A program made the translations under genes and the position numbers. Below the pieces are notes generated by a model. The model was not told the DNA's origin, ran no database searches, and worked only from the letters and a program-made list of their open reading frames with translations. A stretch of DNA of 64,000 nt. It comes from Clostridia bacterium. GTDB taxonomy: Bacteria > Bacillota > Clostridia > UMGS1883. The stretch lies in contig JAZORN010000001.1 of NCBI GenBank assembly GCA_045656645.1, positions 11,208-75,207 on the forward strand, given 5' to 3'. This document shows positions 17,441 through 27,674 of the stretch, in pieces (the first letter of the stretch is position 1; every line of letters begins with the position of its first letter).

Positions 17441-18616
17441 TTATATGTTATATTTCATAACTTCATCAAACGCCCAGTCTGCATAATCATCAAGCATATT
17501 GTTATCATACAGATACTGAAGAAGTGTATATCTCACCCTGAATGTTCTTCCGCGGTGAATTCCCTCTGTAAAAGTTTCCTTATCCGTTACAGTGAATGGA
17601 ATCTGAATTTTCTTTTGCAGCTCAAATATTGCATCAAAAGCAGGGATGTACTTTTCGATAAGTTCTTTTAACCACTGCTCTTTCGTTTCGTTGTAAAGCC
17701 TCTTATACATCGCCATTGCAACAAAGGTTGCCTCACCCACTTCAATACCGTGAAGATTAGGAAGTTCACCCTTTTCAAGGTCCATAATTTCCCAAGTCTG
17801 ACCAACCATATGCTCTGTTCCCGATGCTGGTCTTGAAGAGCCTGTATACGCCATACCAAGTCCGGAGAGAATGAGTCCGTCAACAGTATTTTTGATAGTA
17901 TCTATCTTACGTTCTTTCAGAACAGTTGCCGTATCAACACACTTTTTCGTAGCATCAAGTACCATATTGGCAACTTTTTCGCAATAATATTCGCCCGTAA
18001 GCTTGTGTGAAAGCTCCCAGTCCAAAATGGCTACATATTTACCAATCATATCACCTACACCTGCAAGGAGCAGTTCGTAGGGCGCATTTGCACAAATATT
18101 AAGGTCGATAATAATATGACGTGCAATAGAACAAGTGTAAACAATCTTACTACTACCCATAAGAAGCGGTGCAACAACAGATGCATAGCCGTCCATTGAA
18201 GGAGCAGTTCCCACAACACCATAATCAATACCAAGACGATAGCTTACCATTCTGCAGGTGTCATTGATTGATCCTGAACCCACTGCAAGAATATAGTCAG
18301 GGTTATATGAGTATGCGTTTATATCATAAACATCTCTGTCACGACCTGCTTCGATTAAAACTGTACCAATATTTTTATCTGTAGGAAGAGCAGGGTCTTT
18401 TAACACACACACATGCGAAAGCATTCCTGCATTTTTCAAAATCTCCTCTACTCTTCTGCCTGCAACCTCATATGTATTTTCATCGGCAACCATAAAAATT
18501 CTTTTATAGCCTTTTAATAAATCTGCAACCTTTTCCACCGCATTTTCAGATACCTCTATACATTTTACGGGAACTGTATGCTTTTTCTGCTGACAAGTAC
18601 ATTCCATATCAAACAT
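17441..18616 (-). CDS. Iron-containing alcohol dehydrogenase superfamily, glycerol / glycerol-1-phosphate dehydrogenase-like
   Basis: 391 aa with glycine-rich NAD block AVGSGSINDTCR and His-containing metal-site region SGTEHMVGQ. Confidence 0.55.
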   Translation of the reverse strand: MFDMECTCQQKKHTVPVKCIEVSENAVEKVADLLKGYKRIFMVADENTYEVAGRRVEEILKNAGMLSHVCVLKDPALPTDKNIGTVLIEAGRDRDVYDINAYSYNPDYILAVGSGSINDTCRMVSYRLGIDYGVVGTAPSMDGYASVVAPLLMGSSKIVYTCSIARHIIIDLNICANAPYELLLAGVGDMIGKYVAILDWELSHKLTGEYYCEKVANMVLDATKKCVDTATVLKERKIDTIKNTVDGLILSGLGMAYTGSSRPASGTEHMVGQTWEIMDLEKGELPNLHGIEVGEATFVAMAMYKRLYNETKEQWLKELIEKYIPAFDAIFELQKKIQIPFTVTDKETFTEGIHRGRTFRVRYTLLQYLYDNNMLDDYADWAFDEVMKYNI

Positions 18617-18628
18617 ATTTCATTCACC

Positions 18629-19210
18629 TTATCTTTCTTTAATTATTTTAGCAGGAACACCGCCTACCACACTGTATGGCGGAACATCCTTTGTAACAAC
18701 GGCGCCTGCAGCAACGACAGAGCCCTTGCCAATAGTAACGCCGCACATGATATTAACTCTGCCTGCAATCCATACGTCATCTTCTATTACAATGCTTTTT
18801 CGCTCCAGCCCCTGATTGCAAATCGGTTTATCTCTGTCTGCAAATATGTGGTTTGCGCCAACGAGCATTACGTGTGCTGCAATCCTGACGTTATTTCCCA
18901 TACGAATTTCACCGAGCCTTTCCGTGGGTGAGCCGTAGCCTACTATAACGCTGTATGGCTGCACGCTGCAGTTTTCACCCATAGTAACATTTCCCTGGAC
19001 AATAGCTCCGTGGCAAATTGCGCATTTTTTACCGATTTTGATTTCTCCTCCGCGTGGGTTTATCAGCGCTTTTGGACTGATAAGTGCTGACTTATCAATA
19101 AAGGTATTTTTGTTACGCAAGGCTAAGCGCCTTCCTATAAAGCAGGAAAGTCTGCCGGAAAAGCTTTTTCTCGTTGGCATATTTAAACCCTTGTTGAGAA
19201 AAATACTCAT
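18629..19210 (-). CDS. Hexapeptide-repeat (left-handed beta-helix) acyl/acetyltransferase
   Basis: ORF track gives 18629..19273. I trimmed it to ATG at 19210 (MSIFLNKG...), which is preceded by GAGGAGG and lies directly after the upstream stop at 19212. Hexapeptide repeats: [25 protein letters not shown] and [31 protein letters not shown]. Confidence 0.75.
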   Translation of the reverse strand: MSIFLNKGLNMPTRKSFSGRLSCFIGRRLALRNKNTFIDKSALISPKALINPRGGEIKIGKKCAICHGAIVQGNVTMGENCSVQPYSVIVGYGSPTERLGEIRMGNNVRIAAHVMLVGANHIFADRDKPICNQGLERKSIVIEDDVWIAGRVNIMCGVTIGKGSVVAAGAVVTKDVPPYSVVGGVPAKIIKER

Positions 19211-19211
19211 A

Positions 19212-20450
19212 TTACGCCTCCTCTTTCTCTGCCTTAAAGATAGTGTCAAGCTCGCACAAAAGTGCATTTTCACCCGGTAAGGTATTTACTATAACTTTTT
19301 TGCCGTCGCTTGAAAAAATAGGGTGATGACATACTCTTAACGGATTTCTCCCCGGTGTTTCCTTTTCTCCGTTCACTCTCGGAAGGGAATAACTTCCCAC
19401 TTCCGTATCGGTCGGAATATCGATAAACACCACTCTGCCGGGGTTAGTCGATTCATCGGTTAGCATAAGGTTGTAATCGGTCGGGCAAACGCTGACGTGA
19501 CCGCCGCTTGAATGATTACTGATTTTTTTAAACTCTGTGCCGTCATAATTAACGGTGCATACCGAAAACTTATTTGTGTTATCCTCTGTTGTGGCATAAC
19601 CTATAAGCTGCTTTCCGTCAGGGTGCCAGCTCCAGTGGCCGCCCCTCGGGCCGTCAAAGCTTAAATCAAGAGCAAGGTGAATATCCTTTAACTCCTTATC
19701 TGCGGTAAATATATAACATAACCTCGGTTCATTATGCGTTGTAGGGGCAGCGTGATTTCCAAAATAGAATAAGCATCTGTCTCCCTGTCTGTTCCACCTT
19801 ACGCAATATGTCATAAGGGTAAATCCTTCTTTATTTCCCGTTCTTTCTATATATTCTTTTTCAGCCGCTATAATTTCCTGCTTTTTGGGATGAAGGTCAA
19901 GAACTTGGTTTATACTCAGGGCAAGCTCCGCTTTCTTTTCCGCAACATTAAATTTAAACAAGCCGTGCTCGTCACGGTTTTCAAACGGAATCGGCGCATC
20001 CTGCGGAGCGTAAATTCTGCTGCCGTAGCCTGCTGCATAAAGCATACCTAAATACCCTGAAATTATCGGTTCATCAAATGGCGGTGCTCCCTCCATATCC
20101 CCGTTCATTCTGATTTCCGTTTTTGTAACGGTGTCGTATCTGCATATTACAGGATTTGACATTTCGCCGCTTTGATAATATACGTATCTTGCATCGGCTG
20201 ACCACGTTTGCCATGCGCCTGTATGATAAAAGCTTGTCTGAATTGTTCCTTCACCAAACTCGTCTAAAACCTCTCCGTCCTTAGACGCAATATATATACG
20301 TATCTCGTTTGTTTTAAGATCCGCTCCCGAGTAAAGAATTCTGCCTGAGCCGTCAGGGGCATACGGGTTTAAAGAATAATAGGCGTGCACACACCACTTA
20401 TCCTTCACTGAAATAGGCTTTACACCTTCTTGTTTTATTAAATCAAACAT
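19212..20450 (-). CDS. Beta-propeller protein, oligogalacturonide-lyase-like (PL22-like), tentative
   Basis: 412 aa with no signal peptide. The N-terminal [36 protein letters not shown] and the C-terminal [30 protein letters not shown] resemble, from memory, the first and last blades of Ogl-type PL22 lyases. Confidence 0.35.
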   Translation of the reverse strand: MFDLIKQEGVKPISVKDKWCVHAYYSLNPYAPDGSGRILYSGADLKTNEIRIYIASKDGEVLDEFGEGTIQTSFYHTGAWQTWSADARYVYYQSGEMSNPVICRYDTVTKTEIRMNGDMEGAPPFDEPIISGYLGMLYAAGYGSRIYAPQDAPIPFENRDEHGLFKFNVAEKKAELALSINQVLDLHPKKQEIIAAEKEYIERTGNKEGFTLMTYCVRWNRQGDRCLFYFGNHAAPTTHNEPRLCYIFTADKELKDIHLALDLSFDGPRGGHWSWHPDGKQLIGYATTEDNTNKFSVCTVNYDGTEFKKISNHSSGGHVSVCPTDYNLMLTDESTNPGRVVFIDIPTDTEVGSYSLPRVNGEKETPGRNPLRVCHHPIFSSDGKKVIVNTLPGENALLCELDTIFKAEKEEA

Positions 20451-20588
20451 TTTTTACACCTCGCATTAATTATATAGTATCTTGCATTATGAATAATTAC
20501 AATATCTATATCGATTATTTTTTGCACAAAATGACTTTCTTTACTTGACATTTTCCAGGGGATGCTTTATCATTAAAGGGGTGATTTT

Positions 20589-21383
20589 ATGGCTATGGAA
20601 ACTTACAATTTTTCTGTGAAAAGCATAGAGTTTGCAGTAATGCGCAGGGCGCAGAGCGGATGGAAATTTGAAACCAATTTCAATAGAGATAACTACATTT
20701 TAGCATTTGCAGAAAATGGCTTTGCAAATTATGTAATTGACGGTAAAGATTATCTGATTGAAAAAGGTGCAATGATGTTTTTTAAAAAGGGGCTGATGCA
20801 TAGTGCCGTCTCGGACACAAATAATCCATGGTCTTTTTTTTCGATTGCGTTTGATTTAACGTGCTTTTCCCCCGATACACAAAAAGCGCTTGAAAAGCTT
20901 AATCCCGTTATTTATGTTGAACACTATGAAAAATGCAGAGAACTGTTTTTTGAGCTTTATAATCTATGGTCTAAAAAATCCGATGCATATATGTTAAAAT
21001 GCAGAAGTATACTTGAGGATTTGTTGTATTACTACATAACAACGCAAATAAATGAAAACAACTTCATTTTGCACAAGGACGCGCTTGAAATGGTAAAGGA
21101 ATATATCCTGATAAATTATAAAGAGCATTATAGTGTGGAGTTTTTAGCCAATATGGTGAATTTAAGCCCATCATACTTCAGAACGCTTTTTAAACGCTAC
21201 ACAGGGCAAACTATTATACAGTATCAAAACTCTGTCAAGATAGAAAAGGCGTGCGCTCTGCTCCGAAGCGGCTTGTGCAACGTAACGGAGGCGGCAGAGG
21301 CAACGGGATTTTCCGATATATATTATTTCAGCCGTTTATTTAAGAAAATCAAGGGCAAAACGCCAATTAAATACATTCATTGA
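20589..21383 (+). CDS. AraC-family transcriptional regulator (cupin sensor plus HTH)
   Basis: The only plus-strand gene. 264 aa with a C-terminal double HTH (LANMVNLSPSYFRTLFKRYTGQT...ATGFSDIYYFSRLFKKIKGKTP). It is divergent from the 20450-14188 operon. Confidence 0.85.
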   Translation: MAMETYNFSVKSIEFAVMRRAQSGWKFETNFNRDNYILAFAENGFANYVIDGKDYLIEKGAMMFFKKGLMHSAVSDTNNPWSFFSIAFDLTCFSPDTQKALEKLNPVIYVEHYEKCRELFFELYNLWSKKSDAYMLKCRSILEDLLYYYITTQINENNFILHKDALEMVKEYILINYKEHYSVEFLANMVNLSPSYFRTLFKRYTGQTIIQYQNSVKIEKACALLRSGLCNVTEAAEATGFSDIYYFSRLFKKIKGKTPIKYIH

Positions 21384-21424
21384 CGACAAAAAAGAAGAGG
21401 TTAGTACCTCTTCTTTTTTGTCGT
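21383..21424. terminator. Convergent (bidirectional) terminator hairpin
   Basis: Perfect 18-bp stem acgacaaaaaagaagagg (21383-21400), loop ttagta, cctcttcttttttgtcgt (21407-21424). It lies between the convergent AraC and membrane-protein genes. The right arm encodes the last codons of the minus-strand gene. Confidence 0.7.
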
Positions 21425-21916
21425 ATCTCTTATTAAAATCGCCACAATCGTTGCACTAAACAGCGCAATATGCATAAAAAGATTTCCGTACGCCTTTGCA
21501 AAAAGGTCATAAAAAACTAACGTTGCACAATTTGTAAAGAAGATAATTCTGTAATATTTTGAATCAGTTTGCGCAACACTTACCACAAAAAGCAATGATG
21601 CAATAAGCATCAGAATATCATACCACGCAGAAAAAGTGCACAGACTTATTACTATAAAAGCAACCATATGCAAAAAAACTACAGCAGCAGGAATTTTGCC
21701 CTTTTTCTCATTAAAAATATAGTTTATGAAAAGCTGGGCCCCGCCGAGAAATGCTACGCCACCTCCGCTATATCCGCCTATCAGAATATAGCTTATACCC
21801 GTCATCACATTTGTCATAAAGTTAAAGCATAGTACGGTCCTCATCTTTTTCCCAAATGGTGCACATATTCCAAACACCGTTGCAAAAAGCGATGCAATAT
21901 AAGACATAATTTCCAT
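21401..21916 (-). CDS. Small multi-pass membrane protein, YgjV-like (tentative)
   Basis: ORF track starts at TTG 21934. I prefer ATG at 21916 (MEIMSYIAS...). About five hydrophobic helices. The resemblance to YgjV-type proteins is from memory only. Confidence 0.4.
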   Translation of the reverse strand: MEIMSYIASLFATVFGICAPFGKKMRTVLCFNFMTNVMTGISYILIGGYSGGGVAFLGGAQLFINYIFNEKKGKIPAAVVFLHMVAFIVISLCTFSAWYDILMLIASLLFVVSVAQTDSKYYRIIFFTNCATLVFYDLFAKAYGNLFMHIALFSATIVAILIRDTTKKKRY

Positions 21917-22016
21917 TTTAAATCGCCTCTTCAAAAAATTAAATTTTATAACTCAACCACATAAAATACACTATCTTTTTCACACATCTCCGCAAATGTT
22001 ACATAAAAAACAAATC

Positions 22017-24428
22017 TCAAACAAATATTCTTACAGGACCGATAAGACCGCCCTCTGCCGTTTCCTTTTCAAATTCCAGTGCAACATTATGATATGGGCC
22101 GACATCTCTTTCACTCCAACTGTCAAAGACATTGGTATGTGCATACTGATTTGCCTCTGTATTTGCAACAATTATCTCAAGCACATTTTCCTTTTTTAAA
22201 TATTTTTCGTCTATCCATAGAGCAAAGGGATTTGCAATGCATATTCCGAGGCTTTCCCCATTGACAATAACCTCACAGGAATATTTTACTGTGCCAAGGT
22301 CAAGCTTAATTGCAGAAATTTCATCAAGGGTAAAGCGTGTGCGATAGCTTACAACGCCTGAAAAATCAGCGCCGTATATTTTCTGCCAGTCGCCGAGCTG
22401 TATCTTTTTATAATCTTCATTATACTGTGTCTTTATAAGGCCGTTTTCACCGATAACAAAATCGGAAATACGCTTTGCCTCAAATACTGTAAGGCTCAAT
22501 ATTTCTTTATCTGCCTCTCTGTACTCTTGCGCCTCATACATTTTATCTGTAATAAGGAACACTCTTCCCTCTCCTGAGGCAAATGTCATATTGACACTAT
22601 CTATCTTGTAGATACCGCCTTTTTCTGCATCGAGGAAATAGATGTTACCATTTTCCGGGAATTCCGCTGATATGGTGTCAGTCTGTGCATCCTCGTTAAC
22701 AATTAAATAGAGCTTTCCGTCATCGAGGGTCTTTTTCAGTACGGCTGCTTTTTTGCCGTTAATCTTTGCAGTTGGCTTTATATCTTCGGGGGCATTACTG
22801 TAGATAACCTCTCCACCGCACTTTTCAAAATCAGAAAGAATATTTTTTGAATTTTCGGGGATACGGTTACAATCAGGTATAATAATTGTTTTATATGATG
22901 CATCACCCGTAGAAAGTGTGCCGTTTTTCATTACGGCAGTTTCCAAAAAGTCATCATCTATAATATCAAACTGTGCGTGTTTTCCCTCCATATGATATGC
23001 AAGAGAGTCGAAGTTATCTGCCGCTTTTTCTGCCTCCTCCCCGTGCGCCCACATATCGCGCATAGGCATATAGATGGCGTAATCCGTCTCACTCTTACCT
23101 AAGTTCATCAGATAGCTTATTCTTGCCACATACTTATTGTATTCACGAAGATGCTCCCAGTTAGGCATAATAGAATTGTAGTAGGGTCTTTCCCCAGTCA
23201 TAAAGTGTCCATCAAGGTTATAAGCTATATTAAGGGGATTCATAATATTTATACCGCGCACCATCTGATACATTGTAACATAACGCATCTGGTCAAAGGT
23301 AATTCCTGCGCCATACACGCCAAAGCTCTCCGTTATTGACATTGAGGAACCTATCTGGCTTGCGGCAGAGGATGCAAGGCGTGGGAAAAAGTGATTTTTC
23401 TGTCCCGGGAAAATCTGTCTCCAGATTGCATCTACACCCGGCACGTCAAAGCATCTTAATTGCCTGAGTGCGTGTACAAAGTTTGTTTTTATACAGTTTA
23501 TTGTTACATCCTCGCCGTTAAGATGGCCTGTGGAATAAACATTATTATCTCTGCACCACTTTCTTAATTTAAGGAAATAATTCCTTGCAAATCTTTCTGC
23601 AAGAAGGTCGTAATAATCGCAGGCAACCTTTTTCTCTTCCTCTGTATTATATTCCTTCTGGGCAATTTGCGGCAGATAATCGAGCATATCGTAACCATAG
23701 CGCTGTTTAAATTCTCTGTCAAAATTTTCTGACCACGGAACTGCCCCAACACCCGGCTCGTCTGTAAAGATCATTGTAATATGCGTTCCCAAAACATCTT
23801 TTCCCAGATGCTTTTTATACGCCTCGTGGGTAAGCTCTATAAAACATTCGGTAGTTTCCTCCTCCGTCAAGTTTGCTGAGGGGGGCGACATCTTGCTGAC
23901 ACTTGGCACTCTTACATACTCTGTAATTACTTCTTCTGTTTCTTCTCCCGGCATAATTCTTCTGCCCCCGGAGAACGCCGCAAGTGCATTTTCAGAAGGA
24001 ATATATGGCGAAGTTTTTTCCACCTTCTCCACCACTTGTCTTCTTAAATGCGGATTTAGCTCTGCAACCTTTCCGCAGGCACTGCCGCTGGGCCAACCGC
24101 CCTCGTCATAAATATAAAGCTGCATGCCTAAGCCTGCCGCACATTCCACCGCATATGCAAAAAGTTCAAAATACTCCTGCGATAGATAGTCAGGCTCAAG
24201 CTCTGTCGGCATTACAGAGGGTCTGAAGTTTTTGGGCAAAGGAAGAACATAGATAATTTTTATATCATTATCATAAAACACTTTAATTTGTCTGGCAATC
24301 TCCTCTTTTGAAATGGGGGTTCCCCATACCCAGGAATAAACGGGCCAGTACCTTGTGGGAACATCGTTCCACTTTTCCACTGAAAAACTATTGTCTCGTG
24401 AAACCTTGACGTCGTATGAATATTTCAT
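22017..24428 (-). CDS. Large cytoplasmic glycosidase-like protein, GH106-like with C-terminal galactose-binding-like jelly roll (paralog 1)
   Basis: ORF track gives 22017..24449. I trimmed it to ATG at 24428 (MKYSYDVKV...), which has GAAGGTG upstream and matches the start of paralog 2. N-terminal pattern PTRYWPVYSWVWG...SKEEI...YDEGGWPSGSACG. C-terminal jelly roll SYRTRFTL...VIVNGESLG. Confidence 0.4.
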   Translation of the reverse strand: MKYSYDVKVSRDNSFSVEKWNDVPTRYWPVYSWVWGTPISKEEIARQIKVFYDNDIKIIYVLPLPKNFRPSVMPTELEPDYLSQEYFELFAYAVECAAGLGMQLYIYDEGGWPSGSACGKVAELNPHLRRQVVEKVEKTSPYIPSENALAAFSGGRRIMPGEETEEVITEYVRVPSVSKMSPPSANLTEEETTECFIELTHEAYKKHLGKDVLGTHITMIFTDEPGVGAVPWSENFDREFKQRYGYDMLDYLPQIAQKEYNTEEEKKVACDYYDLLAERFARNYFLKLRKWCRDNNVYSTGHLNGEDVTINCIKTNFVHALRQLRCFDVPGVDAIWRQIFPGQKNHFFPRLASSAASQIGSSMSITESFGVYGAGITFDQMRYVTMYQMVRGINIMNPLNIAYNLDGHFMTGERPYYNSIMPNWEHLREYNKYVARISYLMNLGKSETDYAIYMPMRDMWAHGEEAEKAADNFDSLAYHMEGKHAQFDIIDDDFLETAVMKNGTLSTGDASYKTIIIPDCNRIPENSKNILSDFEKCGGEVIYSNAPEDIKPTAKINGKKAAVLKKTLDDGKLYLIVNEDAQTDTISAEFPENGNIYFLDAEKGGIYKIDSVNMTFASGEGRVFLITDKMYEAQEYREADKEILSLTVFEAKRISDFVIGENGLIKTQYNEDYKKIQLGDWQKIYGADFSGVVSYRTRFTLDEISAIKLDLGTVKYSCEVIVNGESLGICIANPFALWIDEKYLKKENVLEIIVANTEANQYAHTNVFDSWSERDVGPYHNVALEFEKETAEGGLIGPVRIFV

Positions 24429-24445
24429 AAAAGCACCTTCTAATC

Positions 24446-26860
24446 TCAAACAAATATTTTTACAGGACCGAAAAGTCCGCTTTCTAAAGATTCTTTTTCA
24501 AACTCTGTAGCTATTTTGTGGTAAGGTCCGATTGCCTTATCCTCCCACGAGTCAAATACTTTTGTATTTACATACTGATTTGCAGATGTATTTGCAACAA
24601 TTATCTCTATCTCATTTTCCTTTTTGAGATATTTTTTATCTATCCAGAGCGCAAAAGGATTTGCAATGCATATACCGATGCTTTCACCGTTCACAATTAC
24701 TTCGCAGGAGTACTTAACATCACCAAGATCAAGCATTATGTCGGTGATGTTATCAAGCATAAAGCTTGTGCGATAGCTTACCTTACCTGAGAAATCATTA
24801 CCGTAAATTCTGCACCAGTCACCAAGTGCAACAGGAGAATAATCCTCACTGAATTCTTCTTTGCCAAAGCCCTTTTCACCTATTACAAACTTTGATAGTC
24901 TCTTGGCTTCAAAATTTGTAAGCGACATAATTTCTCTTGTCGCTTCTCTGTAAGGCTGAGCGTCATAGGTTTTATCAGTTACGAGGAACGCTCTGCCCTC
25001 GCCCGATGCAAAAGGCATATCTTTTATACTGTCAAGCTCATATATACCGCCTGTTTCGGCATCAAGGAAATAGATGTTTCCCTTTTCGGAGAATTCTATA
25101 GTCATTAAATCTTTTTCCGTATCTTCGTTGACTACGAGATAGATTTTTCCGTCGTCAAACGTCTTTTTTAGAATTGCCGCCTTTTTACCTTTGATTTTTG
25201 CAACGGGTCTGATATTTTCAGGAGCATTACCGAAAATCACCTCTCCGCCACATTTTTCAAACTCGGAAAGTACTTTCTTTGAATTTTCGGGAATACGACT
25301 GCACTCGGGAATGATGATGCTTTTATACGCCGCATCCCCCGTAGAAAGAGTACCGTTTTTCAAAATTGCAGTTTCGAGAAAGTCGTCATCTATAATATCA
25401 AACTGACAATGCTTTTCCTCAAGATAGAATGCCAGAGAGTCAAATGCCCCGGCGGCTTTTTCTGCACCTTCTCCCCTCGGCCACATATCACGCATAGGCA
25501 TATAAATTGCGTAATCAGTTTCTGCCTTACCGATATTCATAAGATAGCTCATTTTTGAAACATACTTGTTGTACTGATAAAGATGCTCCCAAGTAGGCAT
25601 ATCGGTTGAGTAATACGGTCTTATTCCCGTCATGAAAACGCCTTCAAGCTTATATGTAAGACCTGCTGAATTTATGAGATTTATACCTCTTACCATTTGA
25701 TGCATCGTAACATATCTTGTCTGGTCAAGAGTAAGACCTGCACCATAAACTCCGAAGGTCTCGGTTATTGTCATCGGTGAGCCTATCTGATTTGCGGCAG
25801 AGGATGCAAGTCTCGGGAAAAAGTGATTCTTCTGACCGGGAAAAATCTGACGCCATATTACATCTATTCCGGGAACATCAAAACACCTGAGCTGTCTTAG
25901 TGCATGATTAAAGCCGGTTTTAGTACAGTTAATAGTCTCATCCTCACCGTTAAGATGACCTGTAGAATATATATTATTTTCCCTGCACCATTCTCTCAGC
26001 TTAAGATAATAATTCCGTGCAAGTCTTTCGCTTAGAAGGTCATAATAATCGCAAGCAACATCCTTTTCCTCATCTGTTTCAAACTTATCATCAACAAGCT
26101 GAGGCAGATAATCACAGATATCGTATCCGTAACGTTGTTTGAATTCTTCTGCCATATTATCTGTCCACGCCTGCAGATAGACACCTACCTCGTCGGTAAA
26201 TGCCATTGTTATCTCTTTTCCGAAAACTTCTTCTCCAAGATGCTTTTTATATCCTTCGTGAGTGAGCTCCAAAAAACACTCAGTTGCCCCCTCCTGTGAC
26301 ACATTTGGAAACGGTGGTGCATTCGGACTGAGAACAGGCACCAGTACATATTCTGTAATCGGATATTCCGACTCTTCTCCGGCTTTAACTCTTTTTCCGT
26401 TTGCATATGCTGCAACTGCATTTTCGGAAGGAGTGTAAGGAGAGGCTTTTTCAACCTTTTCAAACTTCATTCTGAGAAGGTGAGGATTTTTTTCTACTAC
26501 CTTACCGCAGGCACTGCCGCTCGGCCAACCGCCCTCATCGTAGAGAAATAGCTGCATACCGAGTTCCTTTGCGCACTCTACCACATAGGCGTACATCTCA
26601 AAATACTCGTCCGTAAGATAATCGGGTTCCAAAGTAGTGGGCATAACACGAGGTCTGAAATTCTTCGGCATAGGAAGAGGATATACACCTCTTATGCCGA
26701 TTTTATACATTTCCTCCATCTTACTTTTTATTTCTTCTTTGCTGAGCGGAGCGCCCCACGCCCACGCATAAACAGGCCAGTATTTTGTGGGTACGTCATT
26801 CCACTTTTCTGTCGCAAAACAATTATCACGCGCAACCTTAACATCGTATGAATATTTCAT
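24446..26860 (-). CDS. Large cytoplasmic glycosidase-like protein, GH106-like (paralog 2)
   Basis: 804 aa, colinear with paralog 1 (about 70% identity by eye). Same blocks: PTKYWPVYAWAWG and LYDEGGWPSGSACG. Confidence 0.4.
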   Translation of the reverse strand: MKYSYDVKVARDNCFATEKWNDVPTKYWPVYAWAWGAPLSKEEIKSKMEEMYKIGIRGVYPLPMPKNFRPRVMPTTLEPDYLTDEYFEMYAYVVECAKELGMQLFLYDEGGWPSGSACGKVVEKNPHLLRMKFEKVEKASPYTPSENAVAAYANGKRVKAGEESEYPITEYVLVPVLSPNAPPFPNVSQEGATECFLELTHEGYKKHLGEEVFGKEITMAFTDEVGVYLQAWTDNMAEEFKQRYGYDICDYLPQLVDDKFETDEEKDVACDYYDLLSERLARNYYLKLREWCRENNIYSTGHLNGEDETINCTKTGFNHALRQLRCFDVPGIDVIWRQIFPGQKNHFFPRLASSAANQIGSPMTITETFGVYGAGLTLDQTRYVTMHQMVRGINLINSAGLTYKLEGVFMTGIRPYYSTDMPTWEHLYQYNKYVSKMSYLMNIGKAETDYAIYMPMRDMWPRGEGAEKAAGAFDSLAFYLEEKHCQFDIIDDDFLETAILKNGTLSTGDAAYKSIIIPECSRIPENSKKVLSEFEKCGGEVIFGNAPENIRPVAKIKGKKAAILKKTFDDGKIYLVVNEDTEKDLMTIEFSEKGNIYFLDAETGGIYELDSIKDMPFASGEGRAFLVTDKTYDAQPYREATREIMSLTNFEAKRLSKFVIGEKGFGKEEFSEDYSPVALGDWCRIYGNDFSGKVSYRTSFMLDNITDIMLDLGDVKYSCEVIVNGESIGICIANPFALWIDKKYLKKENEIEIIVANTSANQYVNTKVFDSWEDKAIGPYHKIATEFEKESLESGLFGPVKIFV

Positions 26861-26895
26861 AAAACCACTCCTTCATCCGCAATTGTAGCAGTATT

Positions 26896-26961
26896 TTCAA
26901 AAAGATTGAGCAAATAAAGGAGAGTCGGATTTGAATTCGACTTTCCTTTATTTGCTCAATC
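26896..26961 (-). terminator. Intrinsic terminator after the acidic-tail protein gene
   Basis: 24-bp stem gattgagcaaataaaggagagtcg (26904-26927) / cgactttcctttatttgctcaatc (26938-26961) with one G-U position. It is followed on the minus strand by TTTTTG and starts 1 nt after the stop at 26963. Confidence 0.75.
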
Positions 26962-26962
26962 C

Positions 26963-27628
26963 TTAAATTTCGTCGTCTGAAAATTCATCTTCGAGGAATT
27001 CGTCCTCTTCCTCGAAATACTCATCTTCAAAAAATTCATCCTCGAGAAATTCGTCCTCTAAAAATTCATCTTTAAGGTACTCATCCTCAAGATTTTCAAG
27101 AAATTCATCCCCAAGATACTCATACTCAATATACTCATCATATGTGCTGTCTGCTGCACTTTTCTTTGTCACGGTAACAGTATTTACTACTCCGTCCCAT
27201 TCAACATCAAATTTGAAGCTCTCTGCGATATATCTTATCGGGAGCATTGTACGCTCGTTAATGATTACAGGTGCAACGTCAAGAGTGCTTTCGACACCGT
27301 TAAAAGACGCCGTAACTGAGTCAATTGTAAGATTAATTTTGTCTTCTTTAAGTTTTAATATAACCATTGACTGCTTGGCATCCCATTCTACGCTTCCGCC
27401 CATAGCCTCGATAATTGAACGGATAGGAACCAGCGTTCTACCATCACGAATAAGTGGTGCAGTGCCTCTGCCGGGGTCAATTTCTGCCGCTTTGCCATTA
27501 ACTGTCATCTCAGGATTTCCGATTGTTAATTTAATTACAACATCCGATGCATTGCTTGCAAAAGCAATAGAAGAAAAAATCAGAACTACAGCCAACATTG
27601 AAGCGAGAAATACTTTTTTGAAATTCAT
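26963..27628 (-). CDS. Secreted copper-amine-oxidase-N-terminal-like (stalk) domain protein with a poly-acidic aromatic C-terminal tail
   Basis: 221 aa. Signal peptide MNFKKVFLASMLAVVLIFSSIAFA. Two Cu_amine_oxidN1-type half repeats (GRTLVPIRSIIEAMGGSVEWD and ERTMLPIRYIAESFKFDVEWD). Tail: DEYIEYEYLGDEFLENLEDEYLKDEFLEDEFLEDEFFEDEYFEEEDEFLEDEFSDDEI. Confidence 0.75.
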   Translation of the reverse strand: MNFKKVFLASMLAVVLIFSSIAFASNASDVVIKLTIGNPEMTVNGKAAEIDPGRGTAPLIRDGRTLVPIRSIIEAMGGSVEWDAKQSMVILKLKEDKINLTIDSVTASFNGVESTLDVAPVIINERTMLPIRYIAESFKFDVEWDGVVNTVTVTKKSAADSTYDEYIEYEYLGDEFLENLEDEYLKDEFLEDEFLEDEFFEDEYFEEEDEFLEDEFSDDEI

Positions 27629-27674
27629 TGGAATTCCTCCTTATAATTATTTTCGGGAAAATACCCATAGTCTA

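Noticed and set aside
20545-20573. TTGACA-17 nt-TATCAT promoter match upstream of the plus-strand AraC gene
   Set aside because: The predicted start point (about 20580) would fall inside or after the RBS (AAAGGGGTGA), only about 9 nt from the ATG at 20589. The match is good but the geometry is doubtful, so I did not report it as a feature.
26966-27145. 12-15-nt periodic repeat (gaattcatcctc/gaattcgtcctc) considered as a CRISPR-like or VNTR array
   Set aside because: It has no spacer-repeat structure. It is in-frame coding sequence for the acidic (D/E)(D/E)E(F/Y)(L/F) tail of the 26963..27628 protein.
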